Shown here one piece after another: positions 8,767 through 18,082 of a stretch of DNA of 64,000 bases. Source of the stretch: Candidatus Latescibacterota bacterium (GTDB lineage Bacteria > Latescibacterota > UBA2968 > GCA-2709665). The notes under the pieces were generated by a model that saw only the letters and a list, made by a program, of their open reading frames with translations, was not told where the DNA came from and did not search any database. Made by a program: the position numbers and the translations under genes. Location of the stretch: contig CBDCOX010000002.1 of the NCBI GenBank assembly GCA_965219995.1, positions 1,632,001-1,696,000 on the forward strand, read 5' to 3'. Each line of letters opens with the position of its first letter. The first letter of the stretch is position 1.

Positions 8767-9714
8767 CTATCTTACGTGGCCCTGAATTCGTCCGAAGCGT
8801 TCGCGCAGCTTCTCCAACCGCGGTGCATCGAGGTACGGCGGATCAACCACTGGCAGGTTCTCCCGAAACCGTTCCGGCCTGCGCGTCCCGACACAGCAAG
8901 TGCTCACGTCCTGCGCGAGCACGAAGCGAAGCGCCGCCGCGGGCACACTGTAGGGCTTCAGGAAATCAAACAGGTCCGGATCGGTGTACGGCGGCTGGGA
9001 CGGCAGATAGCCGGCCGCGACATGCCGCCGCACGCACTCCAGCGCCGCCGGCACACTGACCAGACCGGACTTCTGGCTCGCCTGGTTCAGCGGCATCATC
9101 ACCGCCGTGCCGACATCGTGCCGGGCACACAGCGGCAGTACCGATTCCACCGCGTTTTGCAGTAGAAAATTGATCGTGAGCATGACCACGTCCAGGGCGC
9201 CGGTGGGAACCGCGCGCTTCAGGATCTCGTGTGTTCCGTCAACCGTGGAGAGCTCGCTGATACCGATGAAACGGACCTTGCCCTGCTCACGAAGCCTGGC
9301 CATGGCCTCGTAGCTGCCATCTTTCATAAAACGGTCCAGAGATTCGAGCGTGCGTATGCCGTGGCCGAGAAGAATATCAAGACGATCACGGCGCAAGCGG
9401 CGCAGGCTCTCCTCGGCAGAGGAGGTCAATGCCGCCGCTGAACCCGTGTATGCCGCATCGCCGCCCCAGCCATCGTAAGGCTGATACTTGGTCTCGACAA
9501 TGATATGGTCGTGGCCCCGCAACGCTTCGCCCAAGGCGCTCTCGCTGTCACCGTTGCCGTAGCCGGCGGCGGTGTCGACGAAGTTGACGCCGCTCTCGAT
9601 CGCTGCGTGTACGGTGGCAATGAACTTCGCCCGGTCCTGCGACGCGCCCCGTGCTGCACCGTAACTGAGTTCCGAGACCTGCAGTTCTGTTCTTCCCAGG
9701 CGGCGATACCGCAT
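8767..9714 (-). CDS. Aldo/keto reductase
   Basis: MRYRRLGRTELQVSELSYG, FVDTAAGYGNGDSE, ESLRRL and GKVRFIGIS motifs. Confidence 0.9.
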   Translation of the reverse strand: MRYRRLGRTELQVSELSYGAARGASQDRAKFIATVHAAIESGVNFVDTAAGYGNGDSESALGEALRGHDHIIVETKYQPYDGWGGDAAYTGSAAALTSSAEESLRRLRRDRLDILLGHGIRTLESLDRFMKDGSYEAMARLREQGKVRFIGISELSTVDGTHEILKRAVPTGALDVVMLTINFLLQNAVESVLPLCARHDVGTAVMMPLNQASQKSGLVSVPAALECVRRHVAAGYLPSQPPYTDPDLFDFLKPYSVPAAALRFVLAQDVSTCCVGTRRPERFRENLPVVDPPYLDAPRLEKLRERFGRIQGHVR

Positions 9715-9719
9715 GATCA

Positions 9720-9912
9720 GCCTCAATCCGAAAAAAACAGCAACGCGGCGACGCGATAAAACCCTCCGAAACGGGGCGTTATCGGCGTATAGAAGGACGT
9801 TCATTTCCTTCACGTTCAGTGACCTGGTGTATCCTGGTAATCCGCCGCCTAATCACCTTTATTTACAAGCACATATTCGAATTAATGTCCCCGAAGACTT
9901 ACGAATCAAGGT
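9720..9912 (-). mobile_element. MITE-like element, copy 2
   Basis: Inverted homolog of the element at 3873. Imperfect terminal IR CCTTGATTCG / CCTCAATCCG. Abuts the stop codon of the 9912-10595 gene. Confidence 0.5.
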
Positions 9913-10595
9913 CAGGCTTTGGTTGCAACGATCGCCAGCAGAGATGGGAGCGTGTCACCATCCAATTCGGCAACTGATTCGAGCCTCAAGTCAGCAGCGA
10001 GCAGTTTGTTGAAGAGTTCGGCAAGAGGAACGTGCCGGACACCCACCTTCGACCGAATGCCCTCACCCAATCCAGGACCTTCGAAAACTCGTGCTGTTTC
10101 CCGGTAACCCGGATGGATCCTGGCAATTCCCGTGTCTCTCTCGATGGTCGCAAATGGTCCCAGAAAACAGGGATGTGAGTTCAAGATAACGAAACGCCCG
10201 TGACGATCCAGGACGCGGTGTGCTTCCGAGAAGAATGGCCCTACATCATCGAAATCAGTGAGTGTCAATACCGACACGACGCGTCGAAACGTGGCTGACG
10301 AGAAAGGCAGACTACGAGCATTGGCTAGGACAACCCTCGGAGAGCGATCACTTGCCAGTCGAAGCTGGTCGGCTGAAAGGTCGACTCCAATCACGGACCA
10401 GCCAAGCGATTGCAGTAGCTGGAGATGCGCACCTGTTCCGCACCCAATGTCCACACAGAGTCCGGAGCCGGGTCCAACCAAACGCGATAGATGAGCTGGG
10501 ATGTTCTCGTAGAAAGGCATCTTGAGATATTCATCGTACCACGTCGCCCAGCCGTCGTATCGGGCGCCATCCTGGTTGGAATTCAAGGAAGGCAT
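9912..10595 (-). CDS. Class I SAM-dependent methyltransferase
   Basis: VDIGCGTG, GVDLS, LPF and HRVL motifs. Confidence 0.85.
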   Translation of the reverse strand: MPSLNSNQDGARYDGWATWYDEYLKMPFYENIPAHLSRLVGPGSGLCVDIGCGTGAHLQLLQSLGWSVIGVDLSADQLRLASDRSPRVVLANARSLPFSSATFRRVVSVLTLTDFDDVGPFFSEAHRVLDRHGRFVILNSHPCFLGPFATIERDTGIARIHPGYRETARVFEGPGLGEGIRSKVGVRHVPLAELFNKLLAADLRLESVAELDGDTLPSLLAIVATKA

Positions 10596-10747
10596 AGTCT
10601 CCTGCTGATGAATAGTCCAACGACTTCCTGCCTGCTTCGCGTCACACTCCTCCGCCGTTATCGGCCGCTAAGATCGCCCAAAGCAGTCCCGTATGTGTGT
10701 CCATGAAGGGATCGTTCCAGTTACTGCCGCCAGGGAGACTCGACAGC

Positions 10748-12202
10748 TCAAACCAGAGCCTTTCGTAGAAGCCTCACTCCCCGTAGAAGCGAGGGCTCTC
10801 CTGCTTCCGAGAATCCCAGCAACACGCCCTCAGGACCGGCTTCTGCTCGGTAGCTCGACAGCGGGAGTAGCTCAAGACCTTCCTTCGCCGCTCGCCTGCA
10901 CACGTCCTCTGCTACCATCCCATTGCGCAGCCAACCTACCAGGTGCATGCCTGTCTCGTCTGGATCCACGTGCAGCAGCCCATCCAGCTTCTCCTCAACT
11001 GCCTCGATTAGTCGGCGCTGTCGCTGGGAGTAGACCCGTCTCATGCGGCGCAAGTGTCGTTGGAAATGTCCTTCCGTCAGGAAGCGCTCCACGACCGCTT
11101 GTTCGAGCACTGGAGGTGGCCCACCGACGATTTGTCGGGCGGCCCTGAAGGCAGGAGCCAGATCCCGTGGCACAACGAGGTATGCCATGCGCAGACCGGA
11201 GAACATCGATTTGCTGAACGACCCGAGGTACATGACTCGCTGATTGGGATCAATTCCTTGTAGAGCTGCCAGGGGTGTCCCTGAGTAGCGGAACTCACTA
11301 TCGTAGTCCTCCTCGAGGATCCAGGCGTCGGCGGTTTTCGCCCACGCCAGCAGATCGGCACGACGCCGAAGCGGCATGGTCTTTCCCAGGGGAAACTGGT
11401 GCGTTGGTGTCACGTGGACGAGCCTTGCCTGCGGGGCACGCTTGCGTCCGGCCTCCACACTCAACCCCTGATCATCTACCGCAACCGGCACGACTTGTGC
11501 ACCCCAGCCAACGAAAGCCCTGTGCGCGCCAAAGTACCCAGGGTCCTCCACCCAGACTGAATCGTCGGGATCCAGCAGGACATTCGCAACAAGAGCAATG
11601 CCCTGCTGACTGCCGCTGACGACGATGACCTGGTCAGGCGTGCATCGAACACCCCGCGTAGTGCCGAGGTGCTCAGCGATCGCTTCCCTCAAGGGCTCGA
11701 ATTCGGAGCGACCCAGGTCCCGAGTCCCGATCAATTGATCCCAGCATTGAACCAGAAGCCTGCGCCAAACCCTGCTTGGAAACAGATCGGCAGGTGCTCC
11801 CATCCCGAAGGCGCGACCGCGAGACTCCCCAGGCAACTGGATTGGCTCCGGCCATCTCTTGGCAAGGTTGTGGATCGCACGACCCTGATGTGAAAGGTTT
11901 CGACGACCACGAGGCTTGTCCAGTTCGGCGGCGCCCGGCCCGAACGGGATACCGCTCGGCAATTCCGTCACGAAGGTGCCGGCGCCCTGTTTGCCTTCCA
12001 GCAAACCCTCGAGAATAAGTTGCTCAAACGCCATGTGAACGGTGTTTCGCGACACACCGCGTGAAGCTGCGAGCGCTCTTGTCGAAGGCATTCGGGCCCC
12101 CACCCGAAACTGACCGGACAGGATTGCGTCTCGAAGGCCATCATAGAGCTGCCTGGAGAGAGAACCCGCTGAGCGATCCAGGCTAAGAGGTGGCAATGTC
12201 AT
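10748..12202 (-). CDS. MocR/GabR-family regulator (GntR wHTH plus PLP aminotransferase domain)
   Basis: MPSTRALA...VSRNTV...GAGTFV, VEDPGY, TPTHQFPLG, EEDYDSEF and GSFSKSMFSGLR motifs. Confidence 0.93.
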   Translation of the reverse strand: MTLPPLSLDRSAGSLSRQLYDGLRDAILSGQFRVGARMPSTRALAASRGVSRNTVHMAFEQLILEGLLEGKQGAGTFVTELPSGIPFGPGAAELDKPRGRRNLSHQGRAIHNLAKRWPEPIQLPGESRGRAFGMGAPADLFPSRVWRRLLVQCWDQLIGTRDLGRSEFEPLREAIAEHLGTTRGVRCTPDQVIVVSGSQQGIALVANVLLDPDDSVWVEDPGYFGAHRAFVGWGAQVVPVAVDDQGLSVEAGRKRAPQARLVHVTPTHQFPLGKTMPLRRRADLLAWAKTADAWILEEDYDSEFRYSGTPLAALQGIDPNQRVMYLGSFSKSMFSGLRMAYLVVPRDLAPAFRAARQIVGGPPPVLEQAVVERFLTEGHFQRHLRRMRRVYSQRQRRLIEAVEEKLDGLLHVDPDETGMHLVGWLRNGMVAEDVCRRAAKEGLELLPLSSYRAEAGPEGVLLGFSEAGEPSLLRGVRLLRKALV

Positions 12203-12336
12203 CCTAAGTGTCCTTTAAAATTTTACAAAATTGGCACTTTTCAGAGACATCTCATCGGTGTATCATGGAGTTCAGAACGGTTCGATGCAAGAATCGAATG
12301 CCCAGACGCGTTTCCCATTTCACAGGAGAATGGACT

Positions 12337-13122
12337 ATGAACCGGGACACAGTCGTAATTGGCGAAGGGAAAACAAAGATCGTAAAGACGAATCCGAATG
12401 ACCCAGCGACGGTCTTTCTATACTTCAAAGACGACATCACAGCCGGAGATGGTGCAAAACACGATGTCTTTGAGGGTAAAGCTGTGCTGGACTGGGCGGT
12501 CAGTCGAGATTGTTTTGAGTTACTCTCGCGACGTGGACTGATCACGCACTATATAGGCAGTCCCGAGGAGCGCGTCATGCTCGTCCGGAAGCTGGACCGT
12601 AAGCTCGAATTGGAGGTGGTCACTCGCCGAGTTGCGACGGGTTCGATTCTCAAGTGGGGTGACTACTCAGAGGGGGATCGATTCGACCCGGTGATCACGC
12701 AGTTCCACTACAAGGACGATCCGCTTCATGATCCGATGCTGGACGACCGATACGTTGAGTTCATGATTCGGGACAAGGACGCGTGGGAATACGCCTCAAT
12801 GCGTCAAGTGAATACCCAGGCGTTCCTGGTACTGGAGGCTGCGTTTGCGCAGTTCGGCGTGCAGCTCGTTGACATCAAGCTGGAGTACGGCATCATCGAT
12901 GGCGAATTGTGCGTGATCGACGAGATCTCGGGCGGCTCCTTCAGGCTGTGGCCTTTCAGATCAGATGCGCCCAACCTTGATTTGAGCAATGTGCTCTCCG
13001 AATTGGCGCCAGAGCAGCGGCTCGACAAAGATACATACCGCATGGGGGGCGCGCAAGATGAAGTCCTGTCCAGGTTCCGAGCGATTTCAGCGTTGACGTC
13101 GCGCTTCAAGGAGGTGGAGTAG
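12337..13122 (+). CDS. purC: SAICAR synthetase (PurC) family protein
   Basis: EGKTK, FKDDITAGDG, LEVVTRRVATGS, YKDD..HDP, LVDIKLEYG, DEIS and LDKDTYR motifs. GGAG RBS lies before MNRDT. Confidence 0.82.
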   Translation: MNRDTVVIGEGKTKIVKTNPNDPATVFLYFKDDITAGDGAKHDVFEGKAVLDWAVSRDCFELLSRRGLITHYIGSPEERVMLVRKLDRKLELEVVTRRVATGSILKWGDYSEGDRFDPVITQFHYKDDPLHDPMLDDRYVEFMIRDKDAWEYASMRQVNTQAFLVLEAAFAQFGVQLVDIKLEYGIIDGELCVIDEISGGSFRLWPFRSDAPNLDLSNVLSELAPEQRLDKDTYRMGGAQDEVLSRFRAISALTSRFKEVE

Positions 13123-13185
13123 GAGCGATGCCAAGGCGCAGTAGCGAACGCTAGTATGTCATGTATGAGATTGAGGATTTTCAGG

Positions 13186-13222
13186 TTGCGAAGCGACCGG
13201 AGCCAGCAACTGTGTGTTAAAT
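13186..13222 (-). repeat. Truncated attC-like site (left arm only)
   Basis: ATTTAAC-acacagttgctggCTCCGGTCGCTTCGC matches the left arm of the 23022-23161 site. No right arm or GTT core was found. Confidence 0.5.
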
Positions 13223-13287
13223 GGAGTCGTGGCTGGGGTGGGGTCTTTTGCACGTATATAGACCCCATCCCATTCACGGGAAGTTCG

Positions 13288-13905
13288 CTATCTCAATAGC
13301 TGGAGAATCTCGTCTGGACGATCCCGCTTTCTGGCATAATCCAGCGGCGTTTCGATTTTGGCAGAAGGTAGGGCCTTATCTGCGCCGGCCTCAAGCAGGA
13401 GTTCGATAATCTCCTTGTCTGCATAAGAAGCCGCAAAGTGTAACGCTGTCTCGCCGTAAGTCCGTGGGGGATCGTCAGTAGAAGTTGGCGCATCCTCATG
13501 GCACCGCTGATTCACATCTGCTCCTGATTGAACAAAAAATCTGACGACCTCAAGATTGTTCACCTGAACCCCGCACTGCAGCCCAGTCAGCCCATTGACT
13601 GCAGAAGCAAGGTTGATATCTGCCCCTACGTCCAGGTAGAGTTGCAGATACTTCAATTGGCCACGCCCGGCAGAGAACATCAGCAGGGTACCTTCGTCGA
13701 ACTCATTATGATTGACATCGGTCCCATGGGTGAAGAGGTAACGCATAATTTCTTCATGTTCGGCCGTTTCCTGCATTGGAGGAATGACGGCAGCAGTAAT
13801 ACAAGAAGCCTCTGCACCGCCCTCAACCAATTGGCGCACCCCATCGAAATCTACCTCTTTTACAGCCTGAATCAGTGCTTTATTTCGGTCAATCTGTTCA
13901 GCCAT
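13288..13905 (-). CDS. Ankyrin-repeat protein
   Basis: GTLLMFSA, GADIN, GETALHFAA and ETPLDYA repeats. GGAGG RBS lies before MAEQ. Confidence 0.9.
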   Translation of the reverse strand: MAEQIDRNKALIQAVKEVDFDGVRQLVEGGAEASCITAAVIPPMQETAEHEEIMRYLFTHGTDVNHNEFDEGTLLMFSAGRGQLKYLQLYLDVGADINLASAVNGLTGLQCGVQVNNLEVVRFFVQSGADVNQRCHEDAPTSTDDPPRTYGETALHFAASYADKEIIELLLEAGADKALPSAKIETPLDYARKRDRPDEILQLLR

Positions 13906-14040
13906 AGTGCCTCCTTGTATGAAGTATGTACGTCCTCGGTAATGACAACCTACTATCTCCAAGATATTTCTCTTTTGGAGCAGCCATACCTAGCTGCTTG
14001 TGGCAGTCTTACCAAGATCTGTTCGACATCTGCGAAGGGG

Positions 14041-14124
14041 TTAGAATTTCCACAATTCAATATCGTATTCGAGCTCTCGAATCACGCCATTTGTCTTGTG
14101 CCTCAACTTCGGATCGCTTTCTTT
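14041..14124 (-). pseudogene. 3' remnant of a gene cut off by the IS21 end
   Basis: Open frame KESDPKLRHKTNGVIRELEYDIELWKF* begins exactly at the IS terminus. Confidence 0.4.
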
Positions 14125-14720
14125 TGTCAAAATCGGTTTTAAATTAGACAGAAACGACGGTTCAAAAATGGACACTTCCGTGTAAGTTCGCTGCAATACG
14201 CAGCGAAGCCCTGCCTGTGCTTATGGTAGGGATATCCACACATATCCCAAAAAGCACAGGAGGGCTCGTACCCATGATATTGAGGGAGATGTCCATGCAA
14301 ATCAAGTATTTGAGTGAAGACGGTGTTCCGAAGGCACGGATTGCCCGACAGTTGGGCGTCTCACGACAGACGGTGTATAACCACCTGAACCGTGAGGAGG
14401 TGTTTCCCAAGGTGAGGGCGCCACCCGCCTCGAAGCTGGATGCGTATAAGGGCGTGATCCGGACGCGTCTGGAGCAGTTCGATTTGCCCGGGACGGTGCT
14501 GTTGCGGGAACTGCGTTTGCAAGGCTATACCGGCGGGATCACGATCCTGCGTGAGTTCATTCGCCCGCTGAAGGCGTCGTTGGTGCGTCGTGTGACGGAA
14601 CGCTTTGAGACGACGCCCGGGCGCCAGGCACAGATGGACTGGGGCGAGTGCGGCACGGTGCAAGTGGGTGATGGTCGCAAGAAGCAGTATGTGTTTGTGC
14701 TGGTGGGCTATTCGCGGATG
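14125..14720 (+). mobile_element. IS21-family element, left-end remnant
   Basis: Starts TGT and has two 17-nt subterminal repeats, CGGTTTTAAATTAGACA (14134) and CGGTTCAAAAATGGACA (14158), followed by a 5' istA fragment. Confidence 0.88.
14274..14720 (+). pseudogene. istA: Truncated IS21 transposase IstA
   Basis: IARQLGVSRQTV (HTH), SKLDAY, GYTGGITIL, RFETTPGRQAQMDWG and GYSR motifs, after which the frame runs into the duplicated GH sequence. Confidence 0.9.
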
Positions 14721-15202
14721 ATGGATCAGCATGTTGTCTTCGGGAATAATGTGCCCCACGGGAATGTACCCGATGACGCGCACGTCCCGCGCATGGGCCT
14801 CGGCGATGGTCTCGGCGAGCAGGTCGCGCTCACCTAATTGAGGGTGCGGGGGAAAGAACTCATTGGGGAAGACCGCCCATTTGCCCGCGCTGCCGAACCA
14901 AATGGCGTTGGCGTGGTATTTTCGCACGACATCGACGAGCTGCTTCGCGTCAAAATCGATATCGGGCCAGAAGGGCGGGTGGTATTGCTCTATCTGAAAG
15001 GTGCGCGCCCGCCGTACCCACTCGTGACTTGGCTGGATCAAAGCGATGACCTCCAAAATCCGTACCGTTTTTTTTTGCCCGCAGAGCCCGCGGAGAACGC
15101 AGAGAACGGCCTTCCATGATTCACGGCCGCTCATCATGATCGAGAAGCCGAGAAATATCAGGCGTAACCCAGCCAGCAGCAGCCCAAGCTCGGCTGTCGC
15201 CG
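14715..15202. repeat. 488-bp direct repeat, copy 2 (5' fragment of the GH gene plus its upstream region)
   Basis: Matches 6135-6622 with one mismatch. Confidence 0.97.
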
Positions 15203-15211
15203 AAGTTATGC
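15162..15211 (-). repeat. Short attC-like site
   Basis: GCATAAC-ttcgg-CGACAGCC-gagcttg-GGCTGCTG-ctggctgg-GTTACGC, directly after the stop of the 15226 gene. Confidence 0.6.
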
Positions 15212-15225
15212 GCCGGCATTGTCTT

Positions 15226-15831
15226 TCAGTCGTTCTCTATCCCACGTTTCCGCAGGTACCCGACGATCTCTTCTCGTGTCTCAAGACCCTCGAATATGAC
15301 AGCATTGTAGATGTGTCTTCCACTCGAATCGGGTGTTCTTCCCTCTGTCGTCAGGAGAGACCGCTTTATCTCGATGATCTTCCTTCTGCCATTCTCGGTC
15401 ATCCTCTCCTTAACTGTCGCCATCTGCGCTTTGTCCTGCTCCAGCAGTTCTGCCTTGGTCGACCAAAGGTCTACTTTCCAGGGAATCTGACGGTCAGGCC
15501 TGCCGACCCTCCAAGTCCAGTGGAGCCCCTCGGGCTGGCCATCTCGGGGAAAATGGGCACAGTCGTGGAAGCTCATTGTCAGGACCTTACCGAGTGAGGC
15601 GACTTGGCTTCCAAGCTCAAAAAACCTCTCGATGGACCAGGGGTCCGGTTCCATCACCATGTGGATGTCCAAGTCGGGCCATACCATCGTGTTCATTTCG
15701 TAGCTGCCCCGGTACCAAACATCTCCGAAAGAGTTTAGGACTTTACCAAGTCCGTACTCGGAGATCAGCTCATCCGCCTCTGCCTTGAGGTCTTCTGCTA
15801 CCTCAAGCGGCTCATCTGGCACCGAGCACAT
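15226..15831 (-). CDS. Hypothetical protein with a nucleotidyltransferase-like motif (cassette gene)
   Basis: RGSYEMNTMVWPDLDIH resembles the GS-x-DxD NTase motif; a third acidic residue lies in WKVDLW. Confidence 0.6.
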   Translation of the reverse strand: MCSVPDEPLEVAEDLKAEADELISEYGLGKVLNSFGDVWYRGSYEMNTMVWPDLDIHMVMEPDPWSIERFFELGSQVASLGKVLTMSFHDCAHFPRDGQPEGLHWTWRVGRPDRQIPWKVDLWSTKAELLEQDKAQMATVKERMTENGRRKIIEIKRSLLTTEGRTPDSSGRHIYNAVIFEGLETREEIVGYLRKRGIEND

Positions 15832-15879
15832 CCCTTGAGTGTCTCCAAAGCAATGGGGTGATGTCTGGATTCTGCTGGC

Positions 15880-16018
15880 GCAAAACGTTTCAGGATTGCA
15901 GACGCCTGCCGTCCCGTCAGGGTTGGCGCGACGCCTGCGTAAGCAGACGGCGTGACAAGGCAGGTGTGCCGCAGGCCGGAGCGACCGAAGGGAGCGAAGC
16001 CGCAACCCGTTGTTACCT
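15880..16018 (-). repeat. Long branched attC-like site
   Basis: AGGTAAC-aacGGGTTGCGG...CTGCAATCCtgaaac-GTTTTGC. Shares internal motifs with 23022-23161. Confidence 0.75.
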
Positions 16019-16084
16019 GTTCGTTGCGACCGGGGTGGGGAGTGGCCCTGCCAGAACGGCAAGGCCACCCACCGTTTCTCCCTA

Positions 16085-16900
16085 CTATTTGTCCGGCAGG
16101 AATCGGAAGAGATGGGTTTGCCATCTTGACAACGGACTTTCCTGCGTCTGTTCAAAGAAGGCGATTGAGGCGCGAGCATTGAGACTTTCAGATCTGTTCA
16201 GCGGATTGCAGAAGCTGTATTCAATGCCCCCATTCTCTTCCTCTCGCACATATGACTCCAAGCAGTCCATCAGATCGGATCGTTCAAGGTCGAACGGAAC
16301 ACAGTCAGTTGTGGCCAGAATCCCCTCGTGGTAGAACCCGGGCACATCGTGTTCGAGTCCGACAATCCTGGAATGTCCGTATTGGTATGAAATGCTAAGG
16401 AAAACAACACCACCACTCTTCAGGTAGTCCCTCGCTCCGCGCAGGATGACTCTTCGGAACTCGAAACCATCATCATTCTCACTGGAAGGTGGATTCGCCA
16501 AGACGAAAGAGACCTGTCCCTTCAATGAAATCAGCGTCTTCAGATCTTGGGCGGCGTAGGGAACGTAGGAGTCTGAATGGAAGAATCCTGTCTTCTTTGC
16601 TGAATCATTCAGTTCCGCATTCTGTAACGCTGTCTTGATGTTGGCCTCATCAATATCAAGACCAAGAACACGGCTCACCGAAGGGACTCTTGCAGCAGCG
16701 ATGCTAAGGCATCCTCCCCCACAGCCCCAATCGAGCCCAATGCCCGAGAGCAGGCCTTGGTGAGTCCCGATGGCCTCCAATGAGATCCTGCTTGCGGGAG
16801 TTATCGGGAAAGTGTCAGGGGGGCTCATAAGCCGCAGACCACCGAGACCAAAGGTGTCTGAGTCAGCAAGCGTAAGGTCGGGTACCGGGGTCTCTTCCAT
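16085..16900 (-). CDS. SAM-dependent methyltransferase (NPP motif, PrmC/MTS-like)
   Basis: LDWGCGGG, GLDID and ANPP motifs. GGAGG RBS lies before MEETP. Confidence 0.75.
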   Translation of the reverse strand: MEETPVPDLTLADSDTFGLGGLRLMSPPDTFPITPASRISLEAIGTHQGLLSGIGLDWGCGGGCLSIAAARVPSVSRVLGLDIDEANIKTALQNAELNDSAKKTGFFHSDSYVPYAAQDLKTLISLKGQVSFVLANPPSSENDDGFEFRRVILRGARDYLKSGGVVFLSISYQYGHSRIVGLEHDVPGFYHEGILATTDCVPFDLERSDLMDCLESYVREEENGGIEYSFCNPLNRSESLNARASIAFFEQTQESPLSRWQTHLFRFLPDK

Positions 16901-16945
16901 TCTGCCTCCGTTGTTGTAGTCGTTAGTCAGTCCTCTCGTTTGGCG

Positions 16946-17103
16946 CCAAGACGGCGCCATCTTCCCGCTGCGAACCTGCCGCAGGCAGGTTTCCTGCGAA
17001 GGCCGGATGGCCGGAGCCGATGCCCGTCGTGTAATGTGCAGTTGCAATCCCGGTTATCGCCGGCCTTGCCACGGATGGCAAAGTCGGAAATGGGCTGTTA
17101 CCT
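16946..17103 (-). repeat. attC-like site with a degenerate R' core (GTC)
   Basis: AGGTAAC-agCCCATTTCCG...CGGGAAGATGGcgcc-GTCTTGG, with an AACCTGCC/GGCAGGTT hairpin. Confidence 0.55.
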
Positions 17104-17114
17104 CAGAACCTCAA

Positions 17115-17888
17115 TCAAGCTTTCTTCCGGCGAAATGCTAAAGCAGTTTCGTAATGCTTGATGATCGATCCTCCGTAGTTCCTGTTTATCAGGTCAGCGA
17201 TACCGTCAAATAGGAGCGTGCGATTGAACTCGGGCAGCGCGATGTGATCAGAATAGGTGCCAATAAGTTTGATGTACTGTTCCGCAGAGTAGTTTACGCT
17301 CCACGGATACACTCGGTGGATAGGATCGGAAAAAGCAGTAGTTCCGGGTTCCGGAGACTCTGACCTCGTCGGAGTACTGGGATCCTGAGGGGTATCTGAA
17401 ACTACATAATGCTTGGCATAAACTCCCTGGACTTCAGCAAAGAAACCTTCGTCTTTTCTTACATGTTGGTTGGAGAAGATGGCCAATGATCCCCTAGCCT
17501 TCAGGGTGTCACGGGCTCTGATGAATCTGACTCTTGGACTCACCCAGCGGAATGCAGTCGCGGAGATCACAAGGTCAAACTTGCTAGTCGAGTCCCAATC
17601 TTCGAAAGCACACAGGACGAAGCGAACGTTCTTGTAGTTGTTGAGTCGCGCCCTCGCAACCTCGATCAAATCGTGGCCAATATCCAAACAGGTCATTTCG
17701 CAACCGAGGGTGGCAAATAATCTCGAAGCCTGTCCGGTTCCACATCCGACTTCCAGGATTTTTCCGCATCTATCCATTCCGGAGAGGTCCAAGACATCCC
17801 TGACAAGCTCATCAGGGTATCCGGGCCTACCTTCGTCATAGAGCGAGGCAATGGTATTGAAAGTGGTTTTGAGATCAGGGCGGGGCAC
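17115..17888 (-). CDS. Class I SAM-dependent methyltransferase
   Basis: YDEGRPGYP, LEVGCGTG and FDLVISATAF motifs. Confidence 0.88.
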   Translation of the reverse strand: MPRPDLKTTFNTIASLYDEGRPGYPDELVRDVLDLSGMDRCGKILEVGCGTGQASRLFATLGCEMTCLDIGHDLIEVARARLNNYKNVRFVLCAFEDWDSTSKFDLVISATAFRWVSPRVRFIRARDTLKARGSLAIFSNQHVRKDEGFFAEVQGVYAKHYVVSDTPQDPSTPTRSESPEPGTTAFSDPIHRVYPWSVNYSAEQYIKLIGTYSDHIALPEFNRTLLFDGIADLINRNYGGSIIKHYETALAFRRKKA

Positions 17889-17951
17889 TGGAAATTTCCA
17901 TGATTTGGGCTTAAGCGGCGCGGGGAGGCGTCGCTCTGGGACTGCAATTTC

Positions 17952-18035
17952 ACATAACGTCTTCTGTACCCCCGAACCGCGTAGCGGTTTGGGCGAAGGG
18001 CCGAACGGCCCGAAGCCGGGGGCACGGTGTTAACC
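17952..18035 (-). repeat. attC-like site
   Basis: GGTTAAC-accgtGCCCCCG...CGGGGGTacagaagac-GTTATGT, with an AACCGCTACGCGGTT hairpin. Confidence 0.75.
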
Positions 18036-18082
18036 GCTGGCGGCAGTCCTCATTTTGATCGTCCGAATCAATTCGCTGTCGC

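Noticed and set aside
14361-15137. 258-aa ORF as a real gene
   Set aside because: It is a chimera of the duplicated GH 5' end and the antisense strand of istA.
6135-15202. 488-bp repeat as a DGR template/variable repeat pair
   Set aside because: The single difference is G/C rather than adenine-specific, and there is no reverse transcriptase in the window.
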